Shown: positions 24,721-39,979 of the stretch, one piece after another
Layout of the letters: every line of letters begins with the position of its first letter
How positions within the stretch are numbered: position 1 is the stretch's first letter
NCBI RefSeq assembly: GCF_006345805.1
Contig: NC_043000.1
Coordinates: forward strand, 141,918,001-141,982,000
Length of the DNA stretch: 64,000 nt
Direction: 5' to 3'
DNA from: Octopus sinensis
Taxonomy: Eukaryota
The notes under the pieces: model-generated
Databases searched by the model: none
What the model saw: the letters and a program-made list of their open reading frames with translations, nothing else
Told to the model about the DNA's origin: nothing
Made by a program: the position numbers and the translations under genes

Positions 24721-26849
24721 ATCATGAATAAATATAGCTAATACAAAATAATCTGTACAAACTTGTTACAAGTTTAAATATGTTTGATGCATACTCTAAC
24801 CTGCAAGATTGTCATTCTCTACTATTTATCACGGAGAACATTTCTCGCTGTAGCTCTCCGGATGGATGCTTAAAATCTTACCCGTTTTAAAATCTTACCT
24901 GCTTAAAATTTTAACTGATGTTGGTGGTTAATATATTATGATGTAAACTTTTATGACTGCATTAAATACATAAAATTCTATCGAAACGGATGTCATAAAT
25001 CTTAAATGATCGAGATCATTAAGTCTTGTCTCCTTGCCGAATTCTGTTAAATCAGCGCTGACCTCTACGAAAGGAAACCCATCCTTGACTCAATGCCTGC
25101 ATAATGCCTCTCAACGAAAATTCATACGAAAATCCGTTATGTTTATGCTGTTCCTAGAATGCATTAATATAACCTGCAAAGTGAACGAAGAGAAGTATAA
25201 ACATACGTTATGTGCAAATTGCCATGGTATACTCTATTTATACCACAAAAATTGATACAGAGTCTCTTCTGTTGTATGTGAGGCACTATAAATTGGCAAG
25301 CTTTCTGTAATTTTGGTCTCGAAGCAAGGATAGCCATCCAGTACAGAATTACATTTTATGTTTTACGAAGAAATAATCTGAGGTGCTGGACCAAGCATCG
25401 AGTCATTGGACAGTGACTTTCTTCCCGAACAATACTGATCGTTTAGGAAACTCGCTTTCTGATAAATTTGGTCAGATTTACCAGAACGGGCATAATTGTT
25501 TCCTTTGAATATCGTCGATTCTTCAGTTTCAAATTTGACATGGGTTTATAGCGCCTCTTTTTAAGCTTCAAGTGAAACTTCAGGCAGATCGAGAATCCTT
25601 CAATATGTCTAAAATACATTGATGTTTTGTACTGCTTTATTTTGCACTTGCCATACTTTATTCAGTAGCAAATGTTGATATATTCTTCTGCTTCTTTGGG
25701 AAAATTTCAGGTGTATAGCTTTGTTGTAATTGGTCAGCTTTCTATATAAAAGGATATCACACGTAACATAAAGCCTGTCTCACAGAGTGATGAACATATT
25801 TTGCACTGCAATAAGAAAGCCTTTTATAATTTTGTATAATCTGGTAATTTTCCCAAATCTGTTTTATTGTATTTGTTCTTGCGGCCGCCTTTTGCATAAA
25901 ACAATAACGCGGTCAGATTTAATGCATTTAAAAGTGTCGTACATATACAGGGTTTTGGCACCTATTAATCAAATACTTTCAGATTTTGATATAGCACTGT
26001 TTAAAAATTCTGTCACAAAGATAGCGAGTGAAAACCCACTTGCACGTTACTGAAACCTTTTTTGTTGTATCAACAAATTTTACCTTACCATATATTTACC
26101 TCACTTGTTAACACGGAAAGATTCCTGTTAACTTTGGTGCATTCCAAGACATTCATCATTCTCGAAGCAATCGTATATAACACGTAAAAGAATATCAGGG
26201 TAAACGTCATAAGAGCTGGTTCGCAGGAAATTATTGTAGTTGTGTATGGACTAAGCAAAACGTATTCCAGTGAAACAAATAAACAGAAAGACACACCACT
26301 GATTCACACAGAGGTTCGAATAAAGTTAATAGAGTGAATGAAAAGAAGTGATGGTGATTAGAGCCGACATCAATACTTGCATGAACTAGTAGGGTTACAT
26401 CCCCAAATCACTTAGTTTTTTTTTTTATTAACGCTTGAAAGCAATAAGAATCATTAAATAATCCTGTTTCTTGGATAATACGGCAACGTATTTGTATGAG
26501 ATAAGCAGTTAATGGATTTAAAATGAATGTCCATATATAATGCAGAGTCTCTTAGTCAAGCTAAAAGGGTCAAGATTTCTCCATTTCGTCTGAGAATCTG
26601 TAAGATAAAACCAGCTAATAGAAGGATTATGTGTATATGTGTGTGTTTGTGTGTGTGTGCGCGAGCGCGAGTATGCCTACTGAAATATTTGAAGCACATG
26701 TGACAGAAGATAACAGATGTATAAAGGCAAGAATTAAATACAATAATCAAGATAGATCAGATCTTGACAAAATAAATCACATTGTAGTGAAAGAAGCCTG
26801 TACGACATTAAGAGTGAAACCACGGATACTGCTGTCGGAGGAAAGCACT

Positions 26850-28100
26850 ACATACATCGTTATTAATAGTGGGGAATTATAATGTCTACAAATACAAAAA
26901 TTAAACAAAAGAAAGCATCTGATTCAATTCCTTAAACAAATCCTTACCAGTGTATTCTAAAATTTTCTCACAGTTCATTTATTGTATGTAATGGGTAAGG
27001 TGTAGGTAATAATGTTGATGGAAATGAAAACAGACTTGAAAGAGGTTAAAATATTTTGAAGTGTAGCGTATTATTTCGAAAGAATGCTTTCAGATTGGAT
27101 CTTACATGACAGTAAAATATGAATTTAAAAATATAAAAGGAATGATATATTGAAAAATGTTCATTCCTGCATATTTCAGATTAAATATACTCTGTAATCT
27201 ATTATTATTCAAGCAAATGAAGGCTAAGAAAAATATATGATTAACGATATGAAACAAAAATAACAAATTTAGATGTAACAAAATGTTGGCATTTTCTCAT
27301 AGAAAATATGTTCTGTACTGCACAAGTAAATGCTGGGAAGAAAGTATTTCGAAACAGTAGTGAGGTTCCAGTCTCCTATACCAAATTGTAATTATATAAA
27401 TTTTAATTTATTACAAAGAGAACAAAGTCATGTGATGAGTGACATTTTTATAAAACTCAAAAGTTTAAATGTGTAAATATTGCAGAGAAGATATATATGA
27501 TAGGAGGGTGTTGCAAAGTTGTTAACAGCAGAGAAGATGTTAAAGCTGAGAAGAGAAAAAAGTAGAATTGATGAAGGAAGATAAAAGGACATATAGAAGG
27601 AAATATGGTTGAATACGAACAAGAAACTACAAAAATATCCTCAAATCAGAGAAACTAAAACGTAAGCAATATAACTATAAATCAGTAATGCGTTGTTTCT
27701 TTAAAAGCTTAGATCAAAATAACCATGAATAGTTAATCTGCAAGATGGATATCTGAAAAAAAATATTCTATCATTAACACTGTGGAACAAATGATCAAAG
27801 AAGATTGTACACCAAATTTATAGGGATGAAAAGGTTATGAAAGTTGTTCACATACTACGAGGAAATTAGGAACAATACATCGTTTGCGGTTTCAATGCAA
27901 ATACTTCACAGGATAACCATGTTATTAGGCATGATAATAGAGTGTTGAACGCAGAAGTAGTTTAAGCAAAACAAGAATTATTGATAAAAAGAAACAAAAG
28001 TATGATATAAAGATACATGAAATTGAGTTTTCATACTGGAGAGTAGTACAAAGAAACTTTACACTAATTGTGAATAACATGCGCGTAAAACTGATACAAT
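26850..28100 (+). mobile_element. Ancient R4/Dong-type LINE remnant
   Basis: A-rich strand with scattered motif remnants in the correct order: VHLLY (about 26975), LDQ..LQDGYLK..II.TVEQMI (about 27710-27800), RHDNRV (about 27930). Very decayed. Confidence 0.4.
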
Positions 28101-31100
28101 CAGCAGACCGAAATTCATTTCAGTTAATAATAACCCCATAACAGATAAAGCGCAATTATATAGCTTTTCACGTTCGAAAATAGCCTGGAATTATTTGAAA
28201 GGAGCAAAAGGATAAAACCTCAAGTTTGGTAAGGTGGGGAATCATTGAATAAGTTGGGATATATGTAAATATGAAAGGATATTTTAAGGAAGTAAGGAGA
28301 TATATAATTTGCGGTTATTGTTATTTAGACTCATGTCAGGTCGGATTTCATTCAGGAAATCAAATATTTTTTATAGCAAGAAATTGCTTAATCGATCTTA
28401 CCCTTCTCTTAATATAGCAACTTTGGATTGAAATTTGACTTCCTATACGTTGTAAATGGACCGATGATGTACAGAATACCTTCCTGTTTGTATGTGTGTG
28501 TGTTATACATGTATACTTAGGTTTATACACCTGTGTATACGCATAATGTACAAGCATGTACACACACGTATATATATTTACATATATTCATACATCTCTA
28601 TACATATACACGTACATATATACAGTATAATAATGAAAAGAAAAGTAGAAGTGTAGATGTTACTTCAGTCCAAGTTCTTACATATATCCAATAAAAACTT
28701 TACAAGTTGTTTCAAAACAAAACGAAATATAATCTATTTGAAATCTTATATATATATACACATATATACACATAAAATGCTTAAACATATACGTGGGTAT
28801 TTTTGTATAAAACGTACTATGCAAATATACATTATTAAAAGTGCATCTAACTAACTGATCTGCACTCAGTATGGAATTTTAACGAAGCGGAATCAGTCGT
28901 ATCACGCCCGCCACTTCTGACAAGAAGATCAAAGCCAATGGAGCTACATATCAAAATGAAAGGCTTGCATGTAAATCTTATACACGTTAATATGCATACT
29001 GAAGTAATATCTCATTTACCAAAAACGTTCGAAAGCGAAGTGCACAAGGAAAACTAAAGGTAAAATAGTACCTACAATAGTTTATGCTTTGGAAATCTTA
29101 AAAAAACAATGTGAATAAATCATGGAAACACGGTATATTTGCTTGCATATTGACCAACACCAGTAATTCTACACCTGAACTCAATTCTTAAAATGTATCC
29201 CAAGGTAGCTCCTACACAACATGGCTGCAACTGTATCACTAACCAATAAAATTCTAATCTAACACAAAAGCATAATGTTAATACATAAAACCGTAAATTA
29301 CCTAATATATAAACGCCTTTTCACAGTACCAGTCAGCACTGCTATAAACAATTGAATAACACGGTGTCTTGAAAAATCAAATCAGGAATCCAAGCGTAGT
29401 TAGAATGATTACAATAGCGGTTGTAATCATTCTTTATAAACTACTCTATGTATAAATGACTAGATATACAAATTAACATGGAAGGTGAGTTTTATTATTT
29501 TATTAAAAACATTAGCACTTCTTTAAAATCTGGCAAAATATAAGCAGAATTTACAGCTAATATAATTGGTTTCTGAAAATAGTTTACTCGACAATCTTAT
29601 TTAAAAGGTATATATTAGCAAATACAAAAACAAAACCGTGCTTGTATAACTGTTCATAGGCAATTATAATGAATGCTACTTAAATATTTCACTCTTTCTG
29701 CTTCTCCATATGAGTTTGAAAGAATTGGTTAAAACACTATGTATAGAAACGTAAAAACGGAAACTTTTAGGACGTGCTTACAGAAAGAAGAAAGAATTCT
29801 CATACTATTAAAATGCTTTCCACAGTAACCTATTTGGTTGATATGCTAAAACGCTTTGAAATACTTTGATTTTAGCCTTCTTTCTATGTGGAAAATAAAT
29901 GTGTATATTTATTTATTGATCTATTTATTAATCTTTACTAATCTCTTGTCATGTTTGGTGTGAACATCGACCTGTTGTGTCTGTTCTACTTACGCATTGG
30001 GGCGCTTTTCTCATGTCTCGCAGTAAAAACGTGACAAACTGTTGAAAATCCGAAAAAATCTATAACTATAATGCTAACACATAAGGAAAACTATTTGAAT
30101 GTTCAAAGGAGAACTTGGTGAAAATTTGAAGTATAACTCTTCCTGTTGCTTCTACCTCGTTTTTTTTTTTTCATTTTACTCAACTATGTATCGAAATTTA
30201 AAGTGAATAATATCAGCAGAAATTTACTACAAAAATGTATATATTTCAAAGTCTATATATAGCTAATAAAATAATTTATTATTTAGAAAATAATTGCAGA
30301 TTATTTAATACTCAATACACTTCAATTTGAATTTATCTACATATATGCAAATATCATTAAAATTACCCGCCTATATATTCACACGTATATATATATGCCT
30401 ACTAGATCTTATACAGGTACATATGTTCCAGTATATGCCTGCACGGAACGTTGGATTTAAAATATGACTATTTTGGTGGTGATGGGGTGCATTGTCAACA
30501 AATCTGATGAGTGTCAAAGATATTGCTAATGGTTTACAATTCGGGTAGATCATTGGCTAAATTTTCGAATACTATGAAATGGGGTTTGCTGAAGCAATGT
30601 AGATTCCTGCAGATTCCGTTTTATATTTAATGCACATAATTCCCAATTATATATCCCGAATGACGAAGATACATACACATGCTTTGATTCTCTTTCAAGC
30701 TAATTTCCAATTTTTGTGATGTAATTTTGATATATTACATCACAATATATTACATTGAAGAGAAATTCGAGAAATCATTGGTAAAAACTGTCATAGTTAT
30801 ACTTTTTATCAAATTATCATATATTTTTTCAAACGATTTAATTATGAAATCGAGCTAAACTACTTATAATACTTATCAATAAGTTTAAAACATTTATCAA
30901 TATATTCAATATTGATATAAATTTTGATACCCTCACTTGGAACTGCAATGGCCTCGAAGAGAAAAGATATATTTCCATATTAATAGTAACATAGTGTTAC
31001 AATACAGGAATTAATTTTAAATCTAGGTAACCTATAACAATAATGTTTATGTGTCTCAACATAAAATTAATGCATTCCTAAATGATGATCATTGGTGCAT

Positions 31101-32681
31101 TAAATGATTGGTCAATTCTTTACTAGTGAAGCCAGCTGCAATTGGACAATATGATTAGACGGCAGAAACAGACGTAAGAATTTCACTTGTTGAGCATAAT
31201 AAATAAATCTAATAAATACTTTTCTATAGCACAATTTGCAAAGTGGATATTCAGGAATCAATACAAGTGAGCCAAATATCTTGCTATTTTCTTTGCAGAA
31301 ATATAATTTCCATATCATTTCCATAAAAACATATCAGATGCAGTTTGCTTTATACTGAAATATCAAATGAGAAATTATTGTGAACGGATTACTGCGCTCG
31401 ATAGATAACTAATTATTACATTTTCTTAGAACAGTATGGAATCACCTGTAGCGCAAGCCTCTTCTGTCGTGAATCATTATAAAATAATTGGATATCCTCT
31501 TTTGTTGTAGACATATATTTAATTTTCAAACAATTTATTAAAGACGTGAAATAATTGTTTCAAAGAAAACAATCGTTATAAAAGTGAATCCTTTCAAATG
31601 TAAAGAACAAAAAAATCTATTTCGGCAAAATATTTTTATAATATTGTTTGCTAAATACGAAATTATCTCCGGCAGATGGAATACATTTAGTCAATAGATT
31701 TTGAATTACATCTATAAACGTTGTTATGAATGCTGTATTTAAAACGAGTAATAAGGAGGAAATTAGAAGCATTCTAACCAACAGTATAACTGAAAGTTAG
31801 ATCACTAAATTTGACAAATCTTTTCTTGTTTCAGCTGTTGAATTGTGTGTTCTTGATTAGTCGACACGTAAAATCTAATACTGTTAGCAACTTCTCAAAA
31901 TTTAGTTAATTAATGGATGATATGAAGTGTAAATCACATTGAAGATCAGTATCATTAATAACATGAATGAATTATAAATTCAGTATTTTTATTTGCTCGC
32001 TTTTTATTACAAATATAAGAGGCCTCAAATGAGATGTGACAAAACCATTAACCTGATGGTAACGATTTCACATCTAGAACAAATAATAACTTCTCTCAAC
32101 CAATAAAACTTGGATTTATGCAAATGAATTCACAGATGTAATGAATGTCATACTACCTTGTCATTGCCATGAATGGGTCAAAATCTAAAGTAAAGAAAGC
32201 CGTGACATAACTGAGCCAAAATAAATTGTATGATGTTTTTTTTTTATTTACGATTTTCCCCTTCGTTATCAAATGCAAATAGTTTATTAACACTACTGTT
32301 CAAGCGATATATACAAAGAGCGAAAATTCTGTTAATAATGAAGTTTATTTTACATTTCACTATGAAAATGAAACTTTCTGCGTAGGTTTCAAAAGCTGAC
32401 TGTAAAATATTTTCTTGGATCATACTTCAGCTTCAGCTTCGCAAATCAGGATGTGCATTAAGATAGGGACACATTCAATCTTATCAGCGGTCGTCACATT
32501 TAATTTCATCATCTTACAGATATGTAAACTAAGAACACCAGTCGAAAAACAGTGATATGAAACAAACGCACGTATACACACACTCACACACACAAACACA
32601 CATACTCACACACACCAAGATATACACATCTATCTATTTATCTATCTCCCCCAGTCTCTCTCTCACTCTCTCTCTCTCTGT

Positions 32682-32738
<57 letters not shown>

Positions 32739-32817
32739 ACCCACACACACGCACACACACATAGATGGATAGATACATACATACATTTATACATAGATAC
32801 ATAGATACATATATACA

Positions 32818-32975
32818 TGCATTAACGGGCTTCTTTCGATTTCTGCCAACCATATCCACTGAAAAGGCTTTCGTTAGCCCAGAGCAACAGGAAAAGGCAC
32901 CTGTCCACGAGGCCGCGCTGTGAGACTACACCTAAAGTCACGTGACTGTGATGTAAAATCCTCACCACACAGCAA
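32818..32975 (-). mobile_element. Degenerate family A SINE head
   Basis: acgggcttctttcgatttctgccaaccatatccact...ctcaccacacagc resembles the reverse-complemented family A head. Confidence 0.55.
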
Positions 32976-33004
32976 AGTCTGACGTGCATTCATTTATTCT
33001 TTCG

Positions 33005-33177
33005 TTATTTTATTTGTTTCAGTCATTTGACTACGGTCATGCTGGAGCAACAACTTTAGTCGAGCAAATCGACCCCAGGACTTATTCCATCGGTGTCTTT
33101 TACCGAACTGCAGTTACGCTTGTCAAGGGCGATCGTGGGTGAACAAACACAAACACACAAATACATACATGCATGCA

Positions 33178-33245
<68 letters not shown>

Positions 33246-33452
33246 GGTAGATAGATATATATTGATAGATAGATTGATAGATATAGATAGAAACGAGGGG
33301 CTTCTTTCAGTTTTCGTCCACCAAATCCATTCACATGGTTTTGGTCAGCACGTGGCTATACTAGAAGACACTTCCGAAGGTGCCACGCAGTGGGAGTGAA
33401 CCCAGAACCATGTAGTTGGGAAGCATGCCTCTTACCACACAGCCACTCCTGC
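33005..33452 (-). mobile_element. tRNA-derived SINE family A
   Basis: Tail, body, internal (TA)n(GA)n(GATA)-like tract and complete head. Confidence 0.9.
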
Positions 33453-33824
33453 ATGTATATTTAAATCCAAAATCACATGCAAATACGCATATACGTGTAC
33501 ATATATATTTTTGTTTGTTTGAGTATGTGTGTGTTATTGTGTGTGTAGTGTAATGGTGAGTGTTTGTGTATTTTTGTATGTGTCTGACGTTCCCTATATG
33601 TATTCTAATTTGTGGTAAGACAGTATTTTATAGTTTTATGTTCATACTCAACAAGGTCATCTTATAACTTCGTGCAGTTCTTGGATTAGTATGTGTCTAA
33701 TTGGCATCTTGTAATTGTATGAACTCAGCTAATGGTGACAAAGTCCAGGTGGTTGCGCAAGACGAAGTGACAGAGGGATGCTACCATTGCAGAAAGGCCA
33801 AGGTGTGCGATTGGATTCAGAAGA

Positions 33825-33981
33825 GATAGATAGATAGAGAGAGAGAGAGACATACAGACAGACAGACAGAGACAGAGATGGAGAAAGACAGAGAGACAGA
33901 GACAGAATGGCAGAAAAAGAGAGAGAGCCAGATAAATAGATAGACAGATAGATAGATAGAGATAGATAGATAGATAGAGAG

Positions 33982-34022
<41 letters not shown>

Positions 34023-34067
34023 AATAGGTAGATAGATATATATTGATAGATAGATTGATAGATATAG

Positions 34068-34116
<49 letters not shown>

Positions 34117-34207
34117 CAGACAGACAGACAGAGACAGAGATGGAGAAAGACAGAGAGACAGAGACAGAATGGCAGAAAAAGAGAGAGAGCCAGATAAATA
34201 GATAGAC

Positions 34208-34270
<63 letters not shown>

Positions 34271-34307
34271 AGGAAAGATAGATAGAAAGATTAATAGATA
34301 GATAGAG

Positions 34308-34342
<35 letters not shown>

Positions 34343-34375
34343 AGGGGACAGACAGACAGACAGGTATAGTTTGGA
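33825..34375. repeat. Compound (GA)n/(GACA)n/(GATA)n region with an internal duplication of about 262-bp period
   Basis: The block CATACAGACAGACAGACAGAGACAGAGATGGAGAAAGACAG...GCCAGATAAATAGATAGACAG occurs at 33851 and again at 34113. Confidence 0.9.
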
Positions 34376-35900
34376 AATTATTTCGGTGCTTCTTATTCGA
34401 ATAACTAATATTTCTGTCAGCCCATTCACCTTATAGCAGAACTTCATTTGTCGATCCAATCTATCAACATTTCGTTGGCAAGTCATATATATAAACCTCG
34501 CAATCAATTCCAATGATTATGAAACAATTCTAATTAAGTGAAAAAATCATTTATTTTCACACCTCACTTTTCCTATCTTCCTATTTACAGACTTACTCTC
34601 TCCTAATGTGATTTCTGGATTTTCAAAACGACGCTAAGGTTTGTTCGATAGAAAACGTACGTAGTCTGAATAGTAGCTAAATTGTTCTCAAATTACGCCT
34701 TTTATTTAACGACAGAGTACATTAACTATCCTAGCTTGCACTGCAAAATACCTTAATAAAATAGTAATAATCATGGAAAGAATGGATTTATTCTTCGTTC
34801 TGAAATAACAGAACGTGCCCAACACGATCTGATGGAAAGGTTAAAATACGCCTATAGTTATTTTGGTTCATTTCTTTTTTGTCGTATTAATTGTTCTGCC
34901 TGATTTTCTTTTATGTTTCAGTATTCTATTTTGCTTTACATTTTTTTCTTTGTTCCATCCATTCCCCATCTTCTGACATTACTTCCCTTCTCACTCGATT
35001 TTCGTTTTTCTTCTCATATTACACCTTATTTTTTCAGTCCTTTCCTTTCTCAGATTTTGTATTGTTTTCTTTCCTTGTATCTGTTCATTTCTATATTTCT
35101 GTCTTATATTACTTCATTCATTATGCCTTTGCTTCATTTTTGGATAATTTTTCTTTTTATATATTTTTTCTTTTCAAAATTCTTTCACCTTCTCTTTTCA
35201 ACATTTTTTCTTCGTTCATTCCCTTGTATTTGCTTCGATGCATGTCTTAATTTTTCCTTTGATAAACTCTGCTTTTTTAATCTTTTTTACAACACGTCTC
35301 TCGCTTATTTTACTCGTCTTTTGTTTGTTGTTTATTTATTCACTCATTTTCGCTTCAGTTTATTTTTATTTTTCATTTTCCAAATTTTTCTTTTCCTTTC
35401 CATATTTTAGTTTATTTACGTTTTCGGTTATTTAATAATTTTATTTATTTCTGTATTTAATCTATTTATTTTCTTAACACCATTGATTAAGGAAACTATG
35501 GAACTGTCATGTCTGCGTTTTGCCTCCAGCACAATGTGACAGATAACGCAATACCCGCTAGGAGGCGTTATAGTCGCAACGAAAAACCAAAAATCGATAA
35601 ATTACAAATTGAATATAACTGGGCCAATTCGGATATAATAACGTTTGATGATATTTGCAAGTGATATCAACGTGTACAGCAACAAGTACAACGGCACCAA
35701 TGATATCGACAACAAAATCAACAGCTATACTGATGACACAACTATTGAAACATTAGCAACAGTGAAGATGCGTTTGCTAGAATTACAGCAGAACAACCGT
35801 ATTAATGCTAATATTTCGACTGAATGAATATAAATAAATTTTTTTAGAGCCGCAAAAATAAAAGTAGGCTTATTATTAGTTTAGCTTGACAAAGATAGAA

Positions 35901-35995
<95 letters not shown>

Positions 35996-36517
35996 TAAGA
36001 TAAGGAATATATGCGATTCATTGTCGTAAAATAAATATTAACGTTATTAACAATGCATCTTAATAGACTGGGTGAGGGAAATCTTTTGCACATGTATTAA
36101 CTCTCGAGAAAATTACGTATCAATATTGAAAGTGGCGGGGATATAATCAAGATATTCGAGTCTTATAAAGAGAAACAAAAATGTAAAATGCAATGAACAA
36201 AATAACTGAAAATGTTGAAAAGTTTCCGTACACGGCAAACCTGCATAACAGTAGAAACAATAGAACGGGCATGAATTCCACCAAATATAATGCTATGCAT
36301 GTTATGTATGGGTATTCATTCAAATTTTGGCAGATGTCACGCAGGTTTAATAGACTACATTCGACTCGCGACAAAAAGGTAATTAATTTATTGATTCTGA
36401 ATGGGTGAAAAGCAAACCACCTCAGCAGTTATTGAACTAAAAATCTAATGTTGGAAGAAATTCCTCTAAGCATAATATGTAACTGGCTAACGTTGCTACC
36501 TTCTCACCGCATCATTC

Positions 36518-36704
36518 TATGAGGGTTTCTGCAAAGTTCATGGTTGTAAGGGTATTGCAAATGACATTGTTGGTGACCCAACATTTCGAGTTCGTTTACA
36601 GAGCTTAAAACAACTGAAGGGCCACTACGACAAGTGTGTGAATCTGAGTGGGGGATATGTTGAATAAAACCATAATTAACTGGAACAGTTAAACACCCCT
36701 TGTA
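36518..36704 (+). mobile_element. Mariner-derived short remnant (MITE-like)
   Basis: The ends TATGAGGG... and ...CACCCCTTGTA resemble mariner TIRs with TA. The internal sequence encodes HYDKCVNLSGGYVE*, similar to the mariner transposase C-terminus (KC...GDYVE). Confidence 0.55.
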
Positions 36705-37525
36705 ATGAATAATGAGATAAATAACATCCTGGTAACATTGATCAACGTATTGTCTCTAGAACCACGGGCAGCGGCGCACGAAAATTTTATCATAAATGAT
36801 TTTCGGTATATTATCGGATATATTTTTGTCATTTCTATTCAGATTGTTTTAGAATACAAGCTAATTAAGTAGATCATACAATCCAACTTAATTACAAATC
36901 AACAACAGCACTTCTAATAACCGCGTATTCTCTCTAAACATAATGTAATTCCGTATGTCAGCAATTCTTATTAACGTCAGATTCGTGACTGGAAACACGG
37001 TGCGTTTTCGTGTTTGAATGCAGACTCGACCAGAGAAGAAACGAAAAGCAGTATTACTCCTTGAAAACAAATATCCTTGATGATGGATAGTGGTCTTATC
37101 GTTGTTAATACCTATATCAAACATAGTTGTATAGCCCGTCGATATTAGCAATGGCTACCCACATTTTTAATCTCAAGATATATAACATCTGAAGAGGACC
37201 ACTCATTTCTTTAGGATTCTATTGAAGTCTTTTGTGCACCACTCGTGGCTGTCAAATGTCTTTTTTCACAATTTACGCACTTCCTTTTATCTCATTTAAT
37301 GTATACTCAGATTTTTCATACTGCTGGCTATTTGTTAAGATAGTATTCTTCACATTGTTTCTGGATGGCCAACACGTTCGAAGAATGACCACAAAAATAT
37401 CTCTGCTGCTGATTTTAGCTTTCCCTCGGATAATGCTTTTCTAGGACTTCCATTGCCTATGATGTTTCATGTGTTTCATCTAATATAATTGAATAGACTC
37501 TCAAAGTGAGATATTGTCCATTTGA

Positions 37526-37823
<298 letters not shown>

Positions 37824-37868
37824 TGAAATGTGGGGAAAGATAGCCTGGTGATATTAGTGGCATTACGC

Positions 37869-37913
<45 letters not shown>

Positions 37914-37995
37914 ATATATAATATATATATATATATATGTATATATACACGCGGAATGCCACCAATATCACCAGGCTATCTTTCCCCACATTTCA
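37824..37995. repeat. Inverted repeat of about 49-bp unique arms around a (TA)n spacer (MITE-like)
   Basis: TGAAATGTGGGGAAAGATAGCCTGGTGATATTAGTGGCATTACGCGTGT versus ACACGCGGAATGCCACCAATATCACCAGGCTATCTTTCCCCACATTTCA, with 2 mismatches. Confidence 0.95.
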
Positions 37996-38980
37996 GCGTT
38001 TTGTCCTCAGCAAGTACTGAAGCGAAAACTATTACCTGCACGAATATTTGGAACGGAAAACACATACCAAATTGTCTTAGTGCGTAACCACTAGTCATAT
38101 AGGAATAGCAGCACCTTTCCGATAAAAAAAACTCTGAAATATCATTATTCGGGGACTAAGCGATGCTTGTCCCAGATTAAACTGGACACCGTTGTTGTTC
38201 TTTATGACAACACCCAACCAACAATATTGAGTATTTAATCAGCAAGTGTAGCAGTATCAATACACTAACTGGGCCACAGAAAGCCATGATTTTAAGGTAT
38301 CTTTCCGATCGTTGACACTTTTCTCTGTCACGTAACTTTCTAACAGTCTACTGGATCAGGCTTCTTAGCTTTATTTTCGCTGCTGACCGAAGTATGGGAG
38401 AATGAAAGGAATGCTTGTGCTTTGAATAGTGTAGGCATTACTATACCCCTTTCTTCATTTCTACTGCTATAGCACTTTCCTTATTTCGAATGAAATATTT
38501 TAATTTTAAGTTGTAAAATATCAGTGCATATTTTCGATTATTTAATGATGATGGCGTGTTTGTGTGTGTGTATGTGTGTGTGTGTGTGGTGGTGGTGGTG
38601 GTGGTGGGGGGGGTTATTGCAAGTTTGTTTTGCGGTTAGAGACTTGTGTGCATGCTGGATTGTGTCTGCAGGGATATTCTATTCCTTTGTAATTCGTTCA
38701 GTTTTTAATCATGTTTCCGTGTAATTCAGTTTGTGCGTCTGTGTCTGTATATGCGTGTATGGCAGTTACCTTCACAATCTATTTAGACAATACGGTTTTA
38801 ATCGGGTTGGTCTAGCTTCAGTTTTCAGTTGGGCTTCTATAAAATAGCTGCCAATTTAGAAAATATATTCGATGGGGGTGGTTTTTCAACTGCTTTGTCA
38901 TGACATATAGTAGACATTGCTAATATCACTTTCCAGTATTTCCTTATCAGATAGTATCTATTATAAAATCAAAAACATTT

Positions 38981-39400
38981 TAGGCGTAGGAGTGGCTGTG
39001 TGGTAAGTAGCTTGCTTACGAACCACATGGTTCCGGGTTCAGTTCCATTGTGTGGCACCTTGGGCACGTGTCTTCTACTATAGCCTCGGGCCGACCAATG
39101 CCTTGTGAGTGGATTTGGTGGACGGAAACTGAAAGAAGTCCGTCGTATATATGTATATATATGCATGTGTGTGTGTGTATACGTTTATGTGTCTGTGTTT
39201 GTTCCCTCAAAATCGCTTGACAACAGATGCTGGTGTGTTTACGTCCCTGTAACTTAGCGGTTCGGCAAAAGTACCCGATAAAATAAGTACTAGGCTTACT
39301 AAGAATAAGTCCTGGGGTCGATTTGCTCGATTAAAAGTGGTGCTCCAGCATAGCCACAGTCAAATGACTTTTACAAGTAAAAGAGTAAAAGAAAAAGAGA
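38981..39400 (+). mobile_element. tRNA-derived SINE family A
   Basis: Full head, body and tail. Confidence 0.92.
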
Positions 39401-39979
39401 GTATTTATTTTAGATAATTTTCTGTCTTTTAATGACTTGTAGGCTTACAGTATTTCGTTATACAACCTCAACGTATATTATAAAGTATATTAACACCATT
39501 TCTAAGTCAATACCCTGTAGTAGCAGTGCACTTAAATAATGCGTAAGGTTACCTCTACAGAAATTTTAACCAGCACTGATTTAAATGGGTGTTTCATATC
39601 CGAGACGTCACATGCAAACAAATAATGAGATCGAAAACGAAAAATGAGTAATGTGTGTATATGCCATATTGAATAAGTTTTTGCCCCTTCATCAGCACCC
39701 ATCTAACCCATTAGTTATCCACTTAAACAGTTACTATTTATAGCGGTGTAACGTCATTGGATATACCAATTTAAATATTAAACACATTCCCGGAAGCTGG
39801 TTCGTAAATATTAATGACATGTTGGCACATAGTATTTCCTTATGCAACCATAATACGCTACAAAGTATATTAAACGTTTTTATAAGTCAATATCGTGTTT
39901 AAATCTGACGTCTCGGATACGAAACGTCCTAACAAAATCAGTGCTGGCTATAATATCTGCAGAAAATTTGTACAGATAT

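Noticed and set aside
25034-26300. Unique region with short ORFs, including a hydrophobic stretch (26085-26294, minus) and a GTAAGG donor
   Set aside because: I could build no consistent exon chain or homology, and stops occur in all frames.
34860-35470. Long F/L/S-rich ORFs resembling membrane proteins
   Set aside because: T-rich low-complexity DNA that lacks stops in several frames because of its composition.
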